Positions 16,129 through 27,704 of a DNA stretch of 33,330 bases are shown here, piece by piece. The position numbers and the translations under genes were made by a program. Source of the DNA: Sphaeroforma arctica JP610. Lineage: Eukaryota. The notes beneath the pieces were generated by a model. That model saw only the letters and a list, made by a program, of their open reading frames with translations, searched no databases and was not told where the DNA came from. The stretch lies in contig NW_014040396.1 of NCBI RefSeq assembly GCF_001186125.1, positions 96,265 to 129,594 on the forward strand, read 5' to 3'. The first letter of the stretch is position 1. Each line of letters opens with the position of its first letter.

Positions 16129-17496
16129 TCATTTGACCGTTTTCATGGACGAGTGTGTATATAGCGACCCTCTACCACCCATGGGGCTTTTATGATCATT
16201 TTTCAGAATGCCAAATTTGTCGTCGACTTGGAAGCTCTTTTCCAAAATTCCATGGAAATCAACTGCCACTTGAAGACATGTTGATTTCTCAATATTCACC
16301 ACGTATCGTGGAAAGATAAAATGGGCTGCCGTGGCAAAAACTGTCCCCGCACTTGTAAACAAAAAGCGGTACAGTGGGGCTTGGAAAGTGGCATTGGGCT
16401 TATCAAAGGTGTCCACCGCCGCTCCGAAACTGAGCAAGACCATCATCATGAACGGCCCGTGACCTTTCAGCAACTGAGACAATTCACGCATCAGCGGGCC
16501 ACTCACTCCATACCATATTGTGTATGCCAAAAACGCGTAGGAACCGTAGAACAACACGACAATAGCGATATACGCGGTGCTGTTGTGTACAGCTTGAAGT
16601 GCAACATTCAGTACTAAGGCGGCCACAACCGCTACCACATTCCCGAGGAATCGATCCACACCGTCAAAGAAGCCTATATCCGTATACGTGCCTGCAAGAG
16701 CGGTCAATTGGGCTCCGATGAAGAACCACGGTGTGTATTTTTGAGATTCGCCAATGTCGCAAATCAAATTTGGAAGGCAACTCACTGCGATGACAACCGC
16801 TCCACGAAATGCGGTCCACAACATACGACCCATGCTGGCATGTGAGGGGCGTGTGAGTGTAACACCCTCTATCAATAGAATGGTCACACTTTTTCGTAAC
16901 GATATATCCTCATCGAAGTATTTGGTGGGCGTACTTGGTTTCCCAATGGGTGGATTGACGGGGAAGAAATGTAGCAGCATATAAAATGCCACAGGTATGG
17001 TGACACCGATAGCTACATAACACATTGTTGCTGCGAACGAATAGAGCACTTCTTCAATCTTATCTTCGTTTAGAGCATACGCCATGTGCTGCAATCCATG
17101 AAAAAGTGATATGCAAAGGGGTACAGCCTTATGACCACCCAGCGTATTGAAGCTATATTCCAGCCAGAACAATAGCACAGCATTAACGGCTAGGACCAAT
17201 ACCACGCTAACAAGTATGTTGGAATGGTAGGCCAAAAGTCCGGTCCCAAACCCTAAGAGCGTACCGAAAGCAATCGCACCACCTCTGAAAGATGGCACTA
17301 TATACGAAGTCTTTGGAGGAACGGATATGACAACGATTGCAGTGAGATAGGCGAGTGTCTCACCACAGACCCATGATGTGCCCTGATAATTATAGTTTAA
17401 TAGTTGTACAGCTAACATCACAATAACAACTGCTGCTGTGTTCACCACCGGTATTCTCCACATACCTGATTCATTCAGAAGTGTATTACTGCTCAT
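16129..17496 (-). CDS. Intronless polytopic membrane protein, FUSC / aromatic acid exporter (ArAE) / ALMT-like, with two internal repeats
   Basis: 455-aa ORF with roughly 10-12 hydrophobic segments in two clusters separated by a polar linker. Each half carries a FUSC-like signature: AYLTAIVVIS.P..S....RG....GTLLG and PWFFIGAQLT...T.IGFFDGVDRFLGNVVAV; the second half ends YRFLFTSAG...FIFP. Confidence 0.7.
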   Translation of the reverse strand: MSSNTLLNESGMWRIPVVNTAAVVIVMLAVQLLNYNYQGTSWVCGETLAYLTAIVVISVPPKTSYIVPSFRGGAIAFGTLLGFGTGLLAYHSNILVSVVLVLAVNAVLLFWLEYSFNTLGGHKAVPLCISLFHGLQHMAYALNEDKIEEVLYSFAATMCYVAIGVTIPVAFYMLLHFFPVNPPIGKPSTPTKYFDEDISLRKSVTILLIEGVTLTRPSHASMGRMLWTAFRGAVVIAVSCLPNLICDIGESQKYTPWFFIGAQLTALAGTYTDIGFFDGVDRFLGNVVAVVAALVLNVALQAVHNSTAYIAIVVLFYGSYAFLAYTIWYGVSGPLMRELSQLLKGHGPFMMMVLLSFGAAVDTFDKPNATFQAPLYRFLFTSAGTVFATAAHFIFPRYVVNIEKSTCLQVAVDFHGILEKSFQVDDKFGILKNDHKSPMGGRGSLYTHSSMKTVK

Positions 17497-17609
17497 TTTA
17501 ATATTCGGATATTGACTTTATATTATTGTGCGTAGTGACGACAATACATCTTTGCTTTTATAAATTCTCTTGCAAAGATGTTAAAACACAGGGTCATAGG
17601 CGCACTTCT

Positions 17610-17812
17610 TTTTCTCTTCAACCCCCCCCCCCCCCTTCCGAGCCCCCCCCTTCGTACACTCTCTGCTTTACTCAAGAGCATCAAGAGAGAGAGAGAGATC
17701 AGGTAGAGAGAGAAAGAGATATGTAGTTCCCGAAAAATTCAAAAACCGAAACGAAGTTTCGAGTCGGAGACTCGGAGTCTCTCGCGGACGCGGCGTAGTC
17801 TCGCCTCTCGCA
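17610..17812. promoter_or_regulatory. Putative promoter region upstream of the membrane protein gene (poly-C tracts, GA repeat, CpG-rich patch, perfect palindrome)
   Basis: Lies ~110-320 bp upstream of the ATG at 17496; GAGACTC-G-GAGTCTC at 17767-17781. Function is inferred from position only. Confidence 0.35.
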
Positions 17813-17999
17813 TTTATTTATATTTTATCTCGTCATCAAACGACAAACATTGGTTGTACAATTTTCTTTGCTCTTTGACACATCAGTCTTCAACTCTTCA
17901 TAGCTGCAGTTGGACAGTATTTAGTACGTATTTACATATGAATATTTTTATATATTTTTTTAAAAGTACTTCCGTTGCGTCCGACTTCGAAGCCGGGGG

Positions 18000-18405
18000 C
18001 TAAGCTCATTACGTTATGTGTGTGCTGAATAAAAATTGAACTTTAACGCCTATTTTCATGTTCTATATACTATATATAAAAAAAGGGTTATGTAGCTCAA
18101 ATATGCCCAACGAAAATTCAAAAACTGCACTTCGAATATGCACCTAAAATCCACGAAATGGGCTATATTGAGAGTGTCGACCAATCATAAGCTCGCCATG
18201 TTTTCGATGATGCATATCCCAATTCCAAACCGGCGGCCTGTTTTGTCAAATTTGGCGCTCAACAGCCTCAACTGGGGGCAAATCTACGGACCTATAAATT
18301 ACACCCCATCTGAAATCCATAGGACCATGTATGTAATAAATATTGAACTTTAACGCTTATATCGGCACGTAATAAAAGTTTTAACGTTTAACGCAATGAG
18401 CTAAG
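18000..18405. mobile_element. Non-autonomous DNA transposon / MITE-like element, 406 bp
   Basis: Left end ctaagctcattacgtta (18000-18016) versus reverse complement of the right end cttagctcattgcgtta (18389-18405): 15/17 match. Flanked by identical gccggggg at 17992-17999 and 18406-18413. Subterminal direct repeat attgaactttaacgc near 18035 and 18342. Confidence 0.7.
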
Positions 18406-20353
18406 GCCGGGGGCCCGCCAGGTCTTCGGCCTTTTTCTAAAGTAACAAAAATAACGTTCCTTTTACTGATCTATTTTCGTTTTAACTTTTACCATCATAG
18501 GCATTAGGAATCCAGTCAAACTGTCCATCACAATCGTCAGTCATTTTTTTATAGCTCGGTTTTGTTCTGTAAAAATTAAAATAAATTAACAAAGAGTTTA
18601 GAGTTCAACTTTATAACTCTGGTTGGTAATTATCTGTGGCAAATTGTTCAATGTATTTTTATTAAAATTATTAAATGTTCACTTAGCACTGTGAACCAGT
18701 GTCAGTCTCGAACCCTTTTTTTTTTTGAACTATATTTTGTTTTTGTTTTGTATTTTTTTTTTTTAAACAAATCAATACTTTTGTATGTAAATGTATTTTA
18801 TTGTATATATGTATGTATTTATTTGGCTAGAGAGAGTATTTGCATCAGAAACCAAACAGTAAACATAAATACAGTATGTATGATTGTAAATATGTAAATA
18901 TGTAAATATGTATTCGATATTTTTTATATTGCGAACTTGTGGTGCGCCCAGTCGCACACGTAATACCATTCATACGACTAGCTACACCAAGTAGTAAGTC
19001 ATAGTCATAGCCATAGCTATTGCGCTCTATGTCTGATTCAGAAGGCTATGAGTGAATACTATTGAAAGTATCAGCATTTAAATATATCAGTGTGGTGGCT
19101 AATGCTCATAAACAACACACACAAGCTGTAAGGTGTGCAGCTCACGATTTGGCATATATTTAGTGTGTTTTTAAGCTAAGTATATCACTACAGAACATTG
19201 TCTCATAGTCCTGTCACAGTCTTGTAGGCGTGCACTGTGGTCTAGTCAGTTGGTTCTCGGTGGTCTGATGTTATTGTGTGGGGTTGCTGACGGTTGGACT
19301 GCAGTAGCCGTACGATCGAATTACGCTGCAGATACTATTTAAAGTCGTGATAACTTATGGAATGCGATTGTGAAACCAGCAGACAGGGTATGTTGTGTAG
19401 TAAACCTGGCTTTAAGGACAAGTTAGCTTTGCAGATGCAGAGTGATTCACCTGTTTTATTAAAGTGTTCTGCACTGTTGCACGTTTCTTTCTGATTTTCC
19501 GAGTATCTGAGTCTTGATACTGCGCTTTGCTGTATATGCATCTGATGTTGGGAGTTCAGTTGTCCTTAAGTGGTATTCAGCTCATAACCACGATTTTTTT
19601 CTGATTTTCTCGGCGTGAATGATGAAGAGTTACAAATTGCGAATCCACACGAAAGTCTACAATATAAACAGACACCGACAATAGGGGCAACTGTTACAGT
19701 TGATAGAGGTAAAATAAGGCAGTGATTATTGAGTACATATTGTGAATCCACACAAAAAACTGCAGTACACGACAACAGGGGTATCGTATACACGTAGTAC
19801 ACATTAGTGGAATCGTTTAATCACCAAGTAACATCACTAAATATAGGTATCATAGGTATAACATGTTAGTGGCATCGTTTGTCAGTAAGCGCATATTGAG
19901 TAGCCACACGAAAGGCTACAGGATTCACAAAAGTAGGAACAACTGTTGTAATTAAAATATGTTTGTGATACTTCCTGCTCACTGATTATATAACGCGAAT
20001 TCGCACTTAAGTCAGTAAACACAACAACGATATAATAGAATACGATGGCGCACTATATGATCATTATGTACGTGTAGAGGATTCACACGAAAGGCATAAT
20101 GCACAAGAAAGGGTGCAATATACACAACAACAGAGATAAGTGATATAAGCAGAATATGTTTGTGGCAATGTTTGACCAGTAAGTACATACTGTGAACTTA
20201 CACGAAAGTCTACAGGTATGCAGAACCGTAAATATAGTTTATGATTGAAGGCACCGTTTGATTATTATGTACTTTCCAAGTTGTTATTGTAGTGCGACCT
20301 TCAGCGGATTATTGGTTTATTATTTAGTTCTAATGGAATAGTTCTGCGCGTCA

Positions 20354-20384
<31 letters not shown>

Positions 20385-21231
20385 NNNNNNNNNNNNNNNN
20401 NNNNNNNNNNNNNNNNNNNNNNNNNNNNNNNNNNNNNNNNNNNNNNNNNNNNNNNNNNNNNNNNNNNNNNNNNNNNNNNNNNNNNNNNNNNNNNNNNNNN
20501 NNNNNNNNNNNNNNNNNNNNNNNNNNNNNNNNNNNNNNNNNNNNNNNNNNNNNNNNNNNNNNNNNNNNNNNNNNNNNNNNNNNNNNNNNNNNNNNNNNNN
20601 NNNNNNNNNNNNNNNNNNNNNNNNNNNNNNNNNNNNNNNNNNNNNNNNNNNNNNNNNNNNNNNNNNNNNNNNNNNNNNNNNNNNNNNNNNNNNNNNNNNN
20701 NNNNNNNNNNNNNNNNNNNNNNNNNNNNNNNNNNNNNNNNNNNNNNNNNNNNNNNNNNNNNNNNNNNNNNNNNNNNNNNNNNNNNNNNNNNNNNNNNNNN
20801 NNNNNNNNNNNNNNNNNNNNNNNNNNNNNNNNNNNNNNNNNNNNNNNNNNNNNNNNNNNNNNNNNNNNNNNNNNNNNNNNNNNNNNNNNNNNNNNNNNNN
20901 NNNNNNNNNNNNNNNNNNNNNNNNNNNNNNNNNNNNNNNNNNNNNNNNNNNNNNNNNNNNNNNNNNNNNNNNNNNNNNNNNNNNNNNNNNNNNNNNNNNN
21001 NNNNNNNNNNNNNNNNNNNNNNNNNNNNNNNNNNNNNNNNNNNNNNNNNNNNNNNNNNNNNNNNNNNNNNNNNNNNNNNNNNNNNNNNNNNNNNNNNNNN
21101 NNNNNNNNNNNNNNNNNNNNNNNNNNNNNNNNNNNNNNNNNNNNNNNNNNNNNNNNNNNNNNNNNNNNNNNNNNNNNNNNNNNNNNNNNNNNNNNNNNNN
21201 NNNNNNNNNNNNNNNNNNNNNNNNNNNNNNN

Positions 21232-21242
21232 TATATAGTATA

Positions 21243-21280
<38 letters not shown>

Positions 21281-21358
21281 AATATATATACTAGTATATA
21301 TAATACTATATATGTATATATATTAGTATTATATTATATATTATTATTATTTATTATA

Positions 21359-21425
<67 letters not shown>
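21232..21425. repeat. (TA)n-rich microsatellite after a gap
   Basis: Seen directly. Confidence 0.95.
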
Positions 21426-21429
<4 letters not shown>

Positions 21430-21622
21430 GTTCTTGTACGCTTTTTGATAACTTTTATCTTATGTCAGTTCTGTCCTTACCCGTATCATCCGCAGCATCC
21501 ACCAATAATCCACAAGGAACAGCGCCAGGATGGCCTATACGCCCATCAGGGGTACTTCTCCGACTATGTCAATTCCAACTCCGCACGTACACTGAAGTCA
21601 ATAACAGGGTAATGAAACCATA

Positions 21623-22030
21623 ATGACTACGCTGGTTGACCTAGGCACTGTCATGGATAGCCGTTCCGATTGGGGTGTGTGCGTGAGTTGTGGTGCTTCG
21701 ACGTGGTTGGTAAGTCAGGATGAGAGTTCAGAACCTGGACATAATCCCGTTGAATACCTGCACCCCGGAAGCACCAGCGCACACATGCAATCGACCGATC
21801 ACACGCACGAACCGAGCACGCAGTGGAATACTAGTAGTGTACAAGGGGCTACACCTACGGAAATACATACAGGAGACAGGCTTATGCTTCATCGCAAACA
21901 GATCACGCTCAGAAGCACACCTGAACAGTCATCCGCACAGACAACTAAACGAGCCTACGGACAACGCCGTTGTGTCGCTTGTGCTGCCAGCGTTAACCAT
22001 ACGACTGTCAGTGAGGATTGCCTGACCAAG
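21623..22030 (+). CDS. DET1: Probable DET1 first coding exon (N-terminal extension with two CxxC motifs)
   Basis: 136-codon ORF from ATG ending AAG|gtatgc; phase 0 joins 23613 in frame. No recognisable DET1 homology. Confidence 0.5.
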
Positions 22031-25000
22031 GTATGCAGATAACTGAAATTTTGGCACTGTGGAGGTCTGTTGTGCTTGTGTGCGTCTGTTGCAGCATGCG
22101 AGGTACGAATTCGGCTAGTGAAATGATATGTTGGGAATGTTGCCAGTCGCAATCATGTCTGTATGGTTTTGGTAGTTTTCATATTTTGTAGCAGTGACTT
22201 TCCGTGTGGCTTACGACGGAGAGTACGTGTCTACATATCTTACCGCTCTATAGGCGTAGATTAGCTCGATCGTGGAGCTGTGGCGACGGTGGGAACTGTT
22301 TATGTTTCTTGGCTTCGGCGCAGAATTGTATACAAATGATCAGCTTAGTTGTATGAGCGTTGCTTGGTTGGAACCACGACGAACCTTTTAGAGGCTGCAC
22401 GGTATATGTGTGTGTACAGTCTTCCATAATGTGTGCGTTCGAATTTTGCGAACCCTTGAATCAAGACGACTAGACAGTTTACGAGCTCATCCACGAATTC
22501 ACTGAAGCTTAACGAAAACCGACCGAATGCGACAGCGTGTGCACATATGGTGAATGTATCCAAATTTGAATGAAACGTCAATAAAGAGCGTTCCAAAGAA
22601 AGCGGCATTGGCTGCAGTATATCAATCATTTCTAATGTGTGCACGGGAGGCTCTGGGTATCGTAATAAATCATTGTCTCGTTAAGCCAGCTTACTCATCT
22701 TTACATCCGACGCCATTCTAGCACGGAGAGGTGGTGTAGAATGGCAGATTAATACAAGACTGCGATATTTTGCTATTTGTGCATCATATTCGGTTTCATA
22801 TTCAATCTACAAACAGAATTCGTGAAGATTCTTGAATATCTAAAATTTGGTCTACTATTTGCAAGTGATATTGTCATAAATTCAGAAATAATTGTTTGTC
22901 CATCTATTTGTACTTTCTATAAGATTGCGTGGAAGCTGCCTCGTTATTACATGTCTTCAGAACGGGATATTTGTGTTGTGTGTATCCCGGTCGTTTAGTA
23001 GTGGTGCTTAGTGCATGCATATTCACCCTCCACTCTCATCGGAAGTCTCCGGGTCATAGGTCTTAAATTTAACACAAAGGTAAACGTGCAGTATAGGACT
23101 GGCGACAGTTAATTGTTACTTTAGCGTATTCGAAGGTTGGCACATCCAAGCCTACAAATGCACCTAAAACACGATCTCCGATGCTTTTCTTGTCATTTGA
23201 TGCCTGCAATTGTAGCGGGTTAGTAGACAAGATAAAATATCAGGAAACTTCAGACTCCTAGTTTCTTTGACAGTTCCAGCAAGTCACTAGAATTGGAGTG
23301 TTGTCTGGGATTGATAGCCACCCTTGATCCTAAACATTCAAATCGTGATCTTCGTCTATAAACCAAGTACATGCTTTTGGGACTCTTCCCGACAATCCGC
23401 CAATCTATCCATAAAGTTATTGAACGTATTTTCATCCTGGATTCATATCAATGTTAAAATTCCCACATCAGATCTGCCACTGCCACATGGTCTTAACGAC
23501 CTAGTACACAAGGCAATTTGTATTACAACTCAATATATTAGACGCCCTCAGATCTCAGACAAGCAATAAAGTTCGCCTGCCTTAAGAGTTCGTCACCAAT
23601 TCTTCTCTACAGAGACCCAGCGCATGGTATCGGCGACCCACAAAGCAGTCCGCAAACTTGTGGACGAAGGTTATGCAACGCCAAACAATCTGCTCGGGGA
23701 GGCCAGGGCATATGCGAAGTAGCGTCTACCATGGCACACGCAGCATGTACCAGAATGTGGTGCCCAACACACAGGCGTAAGTTCTAGGGGAGCGCTGGGG
23801 CCCTTGTTTTTGAGTTACACACTTTGATTAGTATGGCCGATGTTATGAAACGCTCATGTCTATATTGCTTGATCGTAGTGGACTGTGACTGACCTAATAC
23901 AGTTCTGGTTGGCTCATTATAGCTTTCCCATTATTCTGTGACTATGGCATGAAATGGCTTTTTGTACAAGTTGACAACCTTTTGTCTAGGACTGTGCAAG
24001 CAGTGCAAGAACCATAATTTTGACCAAATTCCCATATACGTCGAATACCCTGCCAACCTAAGTTGCGATCGATGTCGCTGATGCATCTTGCGGATTGTAA
24101 AGTTGGCGTATCTGGCCTCCACGCAGATACTGTGGGTTCTCGCAGCAGCATAGACTCTCAAGCTTGAACCCGATTTTCTATTGTTCTGATTTTGCCTACC
24201 TCTACCATACAATAGAGAAACTGGCATGAATGTATACGTATATTCAGGTAGGTCCACTTTGACTCATATTTATACAATCAGTCCATAACATTCATAATTT
24301 GTTCCACACGCACTTGCTACCGCTTCAGACGCGGCATCACACGCGACCAAGATTCCTCACTCAGCCGCTTCAGCCGCACGGGCAAGTACTTGGTGTCGTT
24401 CGACAAGTCCAAGCGTAGCATAACTCTGCATCACTTCACATGGCCACAAAGTTCGGTAGCTTGCGGTCCTCGCGACACTTCCACAGGGGCTGAGCCAACA
24501 TTCAAGTGCTTCTCTAATTTCTTCCGACGGAGCTCGATTATAGGCCTCCCTAGGGTGAGTTTTATTATCTACATAACTGTGAAGTGCACCTATGTACAGG
24601 ATCGAGTCCGGTGGGTTTTGTTATCGATATATAAATGAAGCACGCCTATGTACAGATTTGAGTCTGGAGGTCTTTGTTTTGTGAAGTTAGCAGAATAGTG
24701 CCAGTTGGAGAGACTCTATTTGATAGCACACGCGGCCAGAGAGGATACAACATACGATAACTAGCATGGACATGAACGCTGCTCAGCTATCTGTGATAGA
24801 ATGCCTCTACTGAGGGTTCGTTACAGAGGGGGAAAGTTAAAAAGGGGAGTAAAGAATTCATATACGCATGCATACGCTCCTATGTCCACCGTTGCGATTG
24901 AAAATTATTGTATGGTTTGTACAGGTTTGTAAGACACCGGTGTATACTTCCCCTAGAATTAGACTAAAAGCTCACTGTTATTTTCTGTCACGGACACATC

Positions 25001-26825
25001 GAGGTGGCGCGTGTATATAATGCGTGATTGGTGGTGACTTTAGCATGGCAATTGCGATTTGAAACGGCGGTAGTGTTGTGGTGTCTACCCTACATGTAAT
25101 TCAATTAACAGAAAGTTGCTTTGTTCCCTTGCAGAATAATGCACGAGACGCAAGCATCTCCCGAGAGAAGCTGTGCCCCGACATTGGGCTGTTCACGCCC
25201 GACGACAAGTACCTTGTTCTTATGAGCACTATTGCACTGACTGAGGAGGAATTAAGTATGTACAACGAACCAAGACCAGCCCAATACTTACAGCGGCTGC
25301 GGAGCGACGGTCGTGTTCAATTCTGGCCTATAAATAGCAATGTCATGCTCAGACCTTTGAGACACTACAATATACACGTGGTATGTACAAAGATCGCACG
25401 TGTAGTGAGTACTACCCATCTGCCACTGGACAACATCGTGCTGAGTGACTACGGGTGTGGACCGCATCTTAGAGAATACACGCTGACCATAGTCTCTCTG
25501 TGCAAGCAGGTAAGGGGCGAGCTATAGGATTGTTTCTGACTTGTGTCTGGTAGAAATAACTTTTTTGAATGTAGGGTTATTGGCAATACGATTTCAGGAC
25601 ACGTATGCAGAGACTTACATAGCTATGTATATACCCATATAGACTTTGTATTTATGCAGGATAGTACAGACTCGTACACGGCTATATATTTGTTTGAAAA
25701 ATTGGTACTTCATTAAAAAACTCACCCTTTTATGCTACTAAATATGTACAGGTTTACTGTCGTTTCATTAAACAGATACATGGACCATTTCTCTCATGTA
25801 CATTTTCCCAGGTGCAATTTTTGTTTCGACGACAAATAGTACACACGCGCACAGATATGTGGCGCTCGATTTTTTCATCTGGAAACGTACTTATAGCTCT
25901 CCTATTCAAAACCCTAAACTCTTTAGACAAACCATTTCCACTGTGAGTTGCCAACGCATACAAATACATGCGAAACCGTGTACGACGCCGACGCACATGC
26001 ATGCAAAGCGTCCGACAAGTATTGCCGTTAGATAGTCGCGAATGCTGCATAAGTGATGGCTAGGTCAGATATGACTTGTACTCTCCGCTTCTAAACCTTC
26101 CGGCTGTGTATCCATGTTATCGTTGGTCTGCAGAGTGTGCGTTTGTACAGTATCAACGAACGTACTGGTGCACTGCATGAAGACGGAGACATAGGCCAAT
26201 TCTGTAATGAAAACGATTATATGGCAATGGACGCTATGGAGTACACCCATGAGAGAGGACATACAGATACATCGTTGTACAGACCCCTACACACACCTGG
26301 TGAAATACGACCACGTGTGAATTCTCTGATACGCACGACAATACTAGCGCACACCAGGCAGCCGGGTACTCATACGTACCAGGCTATGGCACCGAATGCT
26401 CCCGCTAACGTAAATGCAGCAGAGAGGGGCATAGACGGCCAAATAGGAACACAAACACACACATACGCACTCGCCCACATGCAAGTGAGTATCCATGCAC
26501 GAGAGACTGCCTTCAGCCAGAGACGCACACTGCGGCCCACGCCTGTGCCTGTAGGTGTACCACCACAACCATATTCGCGGACTGCTTTGCGAACTGCTTT
26601 GTTCAGGCCAAGCACCTCACGTCTGGATATGGTCCGTGCGACTGTTCGCAACAGGTGACTGTTTTTTGCACTCTGTGCCAAATATGAGAATTGTATATTT
26701 AAAAGTGCGTATAGAAATTTTCCACACATGAATGATATGTAAGATATCTACACATATCTAACACAAATGCGACGATATATGTATGTATTCATTGAGATAT
26801 ATTTGTATATATGCACAAGTAAATG

Positions 26826-26857
<32 letters not shown>

Positions 26858-27673
26858 TATTATTTATATNNNNNNNNNNNNNNNNNNNNNNNNNNNNNNN
26901 NNNNNNNNNNNNNNNNNNNNNNNNNNNNNNNNNNNNNNNNNNNNNNNNNNNNNNNNNNNNNNNNNNNNNNNNNNNNNNNNNNNNNNNNNNNNNNNNNNNN
27001 NNNNNNNNNNNNNNNNNNNNNNNNNNNNNNNNNNNNNNNNNNNNNNNNNNNNNNNNNNNNNNNNNNNNNNNNNNNNNNNNNNNNNNNNNNNNNNNNNNNN
27101 NNNNNNNNNNNNNNNNNNNNNNNNNNNNNNNNNNNNNNNNNNNNNNNNNNNNNNNNNNNNNNNNNNNNNNNNNNNNNNNNNNNNNNNNNNNNNNNNNNNN
27201 NNNNNNNNNNNNNNNNNNNNNNNNNNNNNNNNNNNNNNNNNNNNNNNNNNNNNNNNNNNNNNNNNNNNNNNNNNNNNNNNNNNNNNNNNNNNNNNNNNNN
27301 NNNNNNNNNNNNNNNNNNNNNNNNNNNNNNNNNNNNNNNNNNNNNNNNNNNNNNNNNNNNNNNNNNNNNNNNNNNNNNNNNNNNNNNNNNNNNNNNNNNN
27401 NNNNNNNNNNNNNNNNNNNNNNNNNNNNNNNNNNNNNNNNNNNNNNNNNNNNNNNNNNNNNNNNNNNNNNNNNNNNNNNNNNNNNNNNNNNNNNNNNNNN
27501 NNNNNNNNNNNNNNNNNNNNNNNNNNNNNNNNNNNNNNNNNNNNNNNNNNNNNNNNNNNNNNNNNNNNNNNNNNNNNNNAATAAATAAATAACTATATAT
27601 ATATATATATTATATATACATATATATATATATATAATATTATTATAATATATATACTAATAACTACTACTAG

Positions 27674-27704
<31 letters not shown>

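Noticed and set aside
19600..20220. Hammerhead ribozyme suggested by repeated cgaaa
   Set aside because: No correctly placed CTGAnGA core or supporting helices seen.
22345..23520. Possible decayed coding or transposon sequence on the minus strand in a DET1 intron
   Set aside because: Protein-like patches are interrupted by stops, with no recognisable motif or terminal repeats; a BLASTX/RepeatMasker search would be needed.
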